From an archaeon (GTDB lineage Archaea; Iainarchaeota; Iainarchaeia; Iainarchaeales; 1-14-0-10-31-34): a stretch of DNA of 50,389 nucleotides. Below the pieces are notes generated by a model. The model was not told the origin of the DNA. It did no database searches and saw nothing but the letters and a program-made list of their open reading frames with translations. The translations under genes were made by a program, and so were the position numbers. Where the stretch lies: NCBI GenBank assembly GCA_043815885.1, contig JBDRIL010000014.1:1-50389 (forward strand). Reading direction: 5' to 3'. Below, in pieces: positions 46,327-50,389 of the stretch; position 1 is the stretch's first letter, and each line of letters begins with the position of its first letter.

Positions 46327-46367
46327 TAGTTTCTTATAAAGGAAACTATTTACTAATTAGGAAACCA
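46327..46367. promoter_or_regulatory. Putative operator TAGTTTC-N8-GAAACTA plus an extra half-site
   Basis: IR at 46327-46348 just upstream of the HTH gene start; AGGAAAC repeated at 46359. Confidence 0.45.
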
Positions 46368-46651
46368 AGTATTTTTAAAGATATCTTCAAAAACACAATC
46401 ATTTCTTTTTCAACCATCTAAATAACCTTTAATGTCATATCGCGCTTTATATTGTTTTAAGGTTATTCCTTGAGGCTTCTGCTTTTATGGATTAAGAAAA
46501 TAAGATTGCTCCGACCGAGCCAACAGAACTTATTGCGTTTCCTTAACTTAAAAATAGTGCCACACTGCACCTCGGTACTCTATTACGTCTTTGTTATTAA
46601 TGATTATTTCGTTTTTTTCTGGTTTTCAGTGCTCGCTATTTCGTGTAACGT

Positions 46652-46668
46652 TAACCTCATCATCGCCT
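46652..46668 (+). repeat. 17-bp direct repeat TAACCTCATCATCGCCT, copy 1
   Basis: Identical to 48525-48541. Confidence 0.8.
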
Positions 46669-46713
46669 GTCAGACAATATAGAAGATAAACGATTTAAAT
46701 GCCTGTTTTTGTT

Positions 46714-48288
46714 TTATTTCACAGGAATTTCTTTGAGTGTTTCGTCACTTACTTTTAGCACACGCTGTGCAATTTTTTTAATGAAATAACGATCGTGTGA
46801 AATTGCTAAAATTGCGCCGTCATAATTTAGGAATGCGTTTTCAATTATTTCGCGTGCATCAATGTCCAAGTGGTTTGTTGGCTCGTCAAGCAACAGAAAG
46901 TTTGGTTTGTCAATAAGAATTTTAAGCAGTGTGAGTCTGGACTTTTCTCCCATGGATAATTGAGAAATTGGTTTGAACACTTCGTCGTTTTCAATAAACC
47001 CCATCATGGACAAGTGTTGGCGCGTTTTAGCTAAATCTTTTAGCAAAAAATATATTTCATCATATGCTGTGGCGCTGGTTGTTAAGTCTTTTAGTTCTTG
47101 GTCTACGTAACCGAGTTTTACTTGTGGATCTAAAATTACTTTTCCTGAAATGGAAGGAATACGTCCTTCAATGGTTTTGAAAAGAGTGCTTTTACCAATT
47201 CCGTTTTCTCCGATTAAAATTATTCGCTGTTCTGAACCTACATTTAGGTTGATATTAGAAATTAATGGTTTTTTGTATCCGATAGTTAGGTCCTTTAGTT
47301 CTAAAATCACGCCTCCATGAATTGGTGAGGCATCAAAGTGTGTTGTGAATTTTGATTGGTCCATATCGGGTTTTTCAATGATTTCACGTTTTTCAAGTAA
47401 TTTTTCACGGTACTGTCCTTGTTTGACTTTTTTGGGGCTTTTTCCAATGCGCGCAATCTTGTCTTTTTCAATTGCAAGGTATTTGTTTTCAAGTTTGTAA
47501 GCTGTTTTTTGAGCTTCAAATGTAGCTTCACGGGTTTTTAAGTACGCTGAATAATTGCCGTTGTATTTGCTCCATTTTCCTTTTTCTATTTTTATTATTG
47601 TGTCACACACGCGGTCCAAAAAATATCTGTCGTGCGTGACTACTAGTATGGTTCCTTTAAAGTTGCGGATATATTTTTCCAAAATATCAAGCCGCTTAAA
47701 ATCCAGATGATTTGTTGGTTCGTCAAGCAGTAATAAATCTGCATCAGAAGATAAAATCTGGGCAATGGCAATAATTGCACGCTGTCCAGTGGAAAGTGAT
47801 TCAATTGGTTGGTCAAGCCAGGATTCTTGGACCTCAAAGGTTCGCAAAATTGAGTTAATTTTTGTTGAACGGGGTGTTTGCTGTTGAGTTATTTTTGACT
47901 GCAGTTCCACGTAGCGGTCTGTTAGTTTGCTTACTTGCATGTTATTGTTTTGATAAATTGCCTGGTCTGAAAGTTTTTTTTCAATTGCCTGTAATTCTTT
48001 TTCAAACTGGTTTTGATGATGTATTGTAGCGCTTTTTTCAATGATTTGACGCACAGTTTTGTGTGGATCCAAATCAATGTGTTGTGAAAAATAGGCTGCT
48101 TTGCCGGTAAATTTAATCTCGCCAGTGTAATCCATTTGACCCAAAATTGCTTTGAGAAACGTTGTTTTTCCCACGCCGTTTCTACCAATGAGTCCGACTT
48201 TAGAACCGTCTGCGATTCCCACACTTTCGTCAAGTAATATTTCTTTTTTGCCAATGGAAATCGAAATGTTTTTTATTGAAAGAGACAT
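46714..48288 (-). CDS. ABC-F family ATPase
   Basis: Two ABC domains (GRNGVGKT/LSTGQ/LDEPTNHLD and GENGIGKS/LSMGE/LDEPTNHLD), HDRYF, YNGNYS linker, no TM segments. Confidence 0.95.
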   Translation of the reverse strand: MSLSIKNISISIGKKEILLDESVGIADGSKVGLIGRNGVGKTTFLKAILGQMDYTGEIKFTGKAAYFSQHIDLDPHKTVRQIIEKSATIHHQNQFEKELQAIEKKLSDQAIYQNNNMQVSKLTDRYVELQSKITQQQTPRSTKINSILRTFEVQESWLDQPIESLSTGQRAIIAIAQILSSDADLLLLDEPTNHLDFKRLDILEKYIRNFKGTILVVTHDRYFLDRVCDTIIKIEKGKWSKYNGNYSAYLKTREATFEAQKTAYKLENKYLAIEKDKIARIGKSPKKVKQGQYREKLLEKREIIEKPDMDQSKFTTHFDASPIHGGVILELKDLTIGYKKPLISNINLNVGSEQRIILIGENGIGKSTLFKTIEGRIPSISGKVILDPQVKLGYVDQELKDLTTSATAYDEIYFLLKDLAKTRQHLSMMGFIENDEVFKPISQLSMGEKSRLTLLKILIDKPNFLLLDEPTNHLDIDAREIIENAFLNYDGAILAISHDRYFIKKIAQRVLKVSDETLKEIPVK

Positions 48289-48524
48289 ATTAAACTATTA
48301 TTTATGCAAATCATTTAAAACATGAAAATGTGATTTGGTTTTATTAAAAAATTATGGAATATTTTTATGACATTCTCCAGCAAATTCTTTGGCGCTTATT
48401 ATGTGTTGGAAAAACATTAAACAAAAAACATAAACCTTAACTGAAATCAATTTAAAATAATTTAAAGAAACAACAGCACATCATGGAAATTACCTATGTT
48501 ATTGCAGATAGTATTCATAGGTTA

Positions 48525-48541
48525 TAACCTCATCATCGCCT
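48525..48541 (+). repeat. 17-bp direct repeat TAACCTCATCATCGCCT, copy 2
   Basis: Identical to 46652-46668. Confidence 0.8.
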
Positions 48542-48699
48542 TATGTATCGTATGGTGTTAATGCCTTAAAATTAACGGTTTTTATGAAAAGAAGCATCCT
48601 TGGGTTTTTGAGATGGTCTCTTCGAAAAAATGTTCATGCAAGTAAAAGGGCTTAAAAACACTTTGCCTCTTTCTTTAAAAGAAAAGGAGGTGGCTTGGA

Positions 48700-49764
48700 A
48701 TGGAGCTAGAGCAAGTGCTGGCGCAGAGCCTTTTCGGCAACACTGTTGAACAATACCTTTTTGCATTTGGTGTTTTCCTAGCGGTCATTTTCATATCCTT
48801 TGTATTCAAAAGATACTTTTTGTACATTTTAAGGAAAGTGGCTTCCAAAACCAAGATTGAATACGACGACATGATAGTCGATATGCTGGAATCAATAAAG
48901 TTCCCTCTTTTCATAATTCTGGCTTTCTACATAGCACTTTGGTTCATTTCAGTGCCCCAGGTAATCACCGATGCCTCATATTACTTGCTGTTTGTTAGTG
49001 CATTGTATTACCTAGTAAAGACCCTACAGGCAACAATTGACTTTTTTGTGGTAGAATACCAAAAAAAAAGCGATAGGAAAAGCAGGCTTGGAGGCGAAAG
49101 CAATGCGCTAAAATATCTTTCGATTGTTGCCAAGTTCCTGCTGTGGGCCTTTGCTGGTCTTTTCTTCATCGCAAACATTGGCATTGAAATAACGCCTTTA
49201 ATTGCAGGGCTTGGAATCGGAGGCATTGCCATTGCGTTTGCCCTGCAAAACATTTTGAGCGACATCTTCAACTATTTTTCAATATACTTGGACAAGCCCT
49301 TCATGGTAGGCGACTTTTTGATAATTGGCGACGACTTGGGCGCAGTGAAAAAGATTGGTCTTAGGTCGACAAGAATTCAGACCCTTAGAGGCGAAGAACT
49401 CATTGTCTCAAACAACGAGCTTACAAGCACAAGAATCCACAACTTCAAGAAGATGAAGGAAAGAAGGATAACTTTTACTTTTGGCGTAACCTATGAAACG
49501 CCAGTCAAAAAGCTGGAAAAGATTCCTCTAATCGTAAAAAAGGCAATAGGCGAAGCAAAGGAAACAAGGTTTGACAGAGCGCACTTCAAGGAGTTCAGTG
49601 ATTTTTCACTTAACTACGAAATAGTTTATTACATGCTGAACCCGGACTACAACCTTTACATGGACAGGCAACAGCAAATAAACCTGGCCATAAAAAAGGC
49701 CTTTGAAAAAGAGGGCATAAACTTTGCTTACCCAACACAGTTGCTTTATACAAAGAAAGCTTGA
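48700..49764 (+). CDS. mscS: MscS family mechanosensitive channel
   Basis: LIAGLGIGGIAIAFALQNILSD, DKPFMVGD, IGLRST, GINFAYPTQ; SD GGAGGTGG. Confidence 0.95.
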   Translation: MELEQVLAQSLFGNTVEQYLFAFGVFLAVIFISFVFKRYFLYILRKVASKTKIEYDDMIVDMLESIKFPLFIILAFYIALWFISVPQVITDASYYLLFVSALYYLVKTLQATIDFFVVEYQKKSDRKSRLGGESNALKYLSIVAKFLLWAFAGLFFIANIGIEITPLIAGLGIGGIAIAFALQNILSDIFNYFSIYLDKPFMVGDFLIIGDDLGAVKKIGLRSTRIQTLRGEELIVSNNELTSTRIHNFKKMKERRITFTFGVTYETPVKKLEKIPLIVKKAIGEAKETRFDRAHFKEFSDFSLNYEIVYYMLNPDYNLYMDRQQQINLAIKKAFEKEGINFAYPTQLLYTKKA

Positions 49765-50389
49765 ATTCGCGAAGCAAATTCGCTTTTTTTCGCAAAACCT
49801 TGTTGAGGATCAATTACTATCAATGCTTTTTTCTTCATTTTATTCAACTTCTATATTGTGTAATTGTTGATTACCTCATTATTGCCTACTTTAATGTATA
49901 GAGATTATTGCTTTAATTTATGGGTTAAACTCGTTTTTCTTCTTTACGAACAAATCAATTAGTTTGACCCATTTGTCCTGTGTTTCGCCAGTATTTTTCA
50001 GTAGAGTGGGATAGTGACCTGAAAAACCATCCTGTGTGCTCTGTCATTTTCGTTGCTTTTGGCTTTGCCTTTACCCAGGGCCTTTCGGTAACTTCCAGCC
50101 CAGCTTTCTGAGGTAAATAACAGCACAGTGGGGCGAACAGTTTAGTTGCCCTTTATATGGTGGCTCAAAAGATTTGCCACAAGTTATACATTTCATCAAT
50201 CAATCACTCATTTGTCAGACCTTTTGGCTTGTTTTTGGCCTAAAGCGCCAGCTGCTGCTCCATTTCCTTGGAAGTGTTCTACGGAAGCCGATTAAATGTA
50301 CAACAGCGTAACACTTATAAAGAATTTGTTAATAGAGTAGGACTAAGCGAGGTTTTTTGTTGACAGTTTCAGATTCAGATGAAGGTGAC

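Noticed and set aside
46655..46665. Box C (ATGATGA on the minus strand) suggesting C/D sRNAs here and at 48528-48538
   Set aside because: No convincing C/D'/C'/D arrangement in both copies; better explained as a direct repeat
706..49813. Numerous short antisense or out-of-frame ORFs nested in confident genes (e.g. 1648-1917, 3981-4460, 14395-14895, 19914-20303, 41884-42255)
   Set aside because: Shadow ORFs of real genes, with Phe/Ser/Leu-rich antisense composition and no motifs
49800..50389. Possible gene remnants at the right end
   Set aside because: Only short frames without recognisable motifs; cannot be supported without a homology search

Overview
AT-rich archaeal chromosomal segment. 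Archaeal evidence: 16S/23S rRNAs, bulge-helix-bulge (BHB) tRNA introns, TATA-box promoters, FBP aldolase/phosphatase and an eL41-like protein. The divergent rRNAs, short bacterial-type AlaRS, long RelA/SpoT homolog and Cys-rich surface lipoproteins point to a DPANN archaeon, possibly Diapherotrites/Iainarchaeota (inference, no phylogeny run). Left end (0.2-5 kb): a defence/TA islet (AbiEi/AbiEii, AAA_14-DUF4143 ATPase, Fic) laced with direct and inverted repeats. Middle: tRNA-Arg(TCT) with intron, argS, long RSH, alaS, tspO, RNase P RNA, OTCase, a minus-strand 16S-tRNA-Ala(intron)-23S operon without 5S, UbiA, eL41, fbp and hsp20. Right: RelE-type TA pair, radical SAM/HhH protein, an Rhs locus, a metzincin lipoprotein, an HTH+nucleotidyltransferase pair, an ABC-F gene flanked by direct repeats, and mscS. 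Strongest novelty candidate: a two-gene, doubly signal-peptide-bearing split Rhs system (34.7-42.2 kb), with a shell carrying PKD/LamG inserts, a separate core-protease/payload subunit, junction cysteines and no immunity gene. Other highlights are a long RSH with a degenerate synthetase, a lytic transglycosylase, basic-N-terminus orphan genes and dispersed hairpin repeat families. All calls are by eye from motifs; no database searches were possible.
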